DNA of 49,831 nucleotides, taken from Candidatus Acidiferrales bacterium (GTDB lineage: Bacteria; Verrucomicrobiota; Verrucomicrobiia; Limisphaerales; UBA11358). This document shows, in pieces, positions 49,801 through 49,831 of this stretch; the first letter of the stretch is position 1; every line of letters begins with the position of its first letter. The stretch is taken from assembly GCA_035482455.1 (NCBI GenBank), contig DATHQS010000221.1:1-49831 (forward strand), written 5' to 3'. The notes under the pieces are model-generated. The model saw only the letters and a program-made list of their open reading frames with translations, did not search any database and was not told the origin of the DNA. The translations under genes and the position numbers were made by a program.

Positions 49801-49831
49801 GGCGCGCGCGGAAACGTCCTCTCCTGGCATA

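Noticed and set aside
1-49831. Search for tRNA, rRNA, tmRNA, RNase P, transposase, integrase, reverse transcriptase or cas genes
   Set aside because: I found none by eye: no T-loop/acceptor patterns, no DDE, tyrosine-recombinase or RT motifs in any listed ORF. A tRNAscan, Infernal or HMM run could still reveal something I missed.

Overview
This is a high-GC chromosomal segment. It is probably from a PVC-superphylum bacterium (Verrucomicrobiota- or Planctomycetota-like). That inference rests on a DUF1559/H-X9-DG prepilin-like protein, a fibro-slime protein and many word-like intergenic repeats. I support about 45 CDS. I saw no rRNA, tRNA, cas, transposase or integrase genes.

Content in order:
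- GntR(YtrA)-ABC operon.
- HigBA-like toxin-antitoxin cassette bracketed by 115-bp direct repeats.
- Secreted carbohydrate-active cluster: Tat-signal aldo-keto reductase, lipoprotein, CBM-like lipoprotein, GH55-like/SMP-30 fusion, MFS.
- Housekeeping genes nadD-rsfS, then a Pur-alpha-like protein and PhoH2.
- opgG-ORF-opgH.
- YbhGFS-like efflux operon with TetR and TolC.
- Cobalamin riboswitch (minus strand, 30020..30161) leading an ATGA-coupled operon of unknown function.
- A/T-richer mosaic island with two 5' gene remnants (pduO', ALDH').
- 1.5-kb gene-free modular repeat array.
- ABC exporter pair and mdh.
- Thioesterase-UbiD-MBOAT cluster, with O-methyltransferase and two cupins on the opposite strand.
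- rsgA.
- A second A/T-richer two-gene islet.
- DUF1080 protein, a membrane protein and an MFS transporter.

The most interesting item is the B12-riboswitch operon. It has no BtuB or BtuCD. It encodes a 536-aa secreted protein, a CWC/DUF5522 Cys-rich protein, a signal-less BtuF-like protein and a DUF1559 pseudopilin. A 192-bp MITE-like insertion with a 15-bp duplication has separated the pseudopilin gene from the rest.

All family assignments come from motif recognition by eye. GC statements are visual estimates, not computed.
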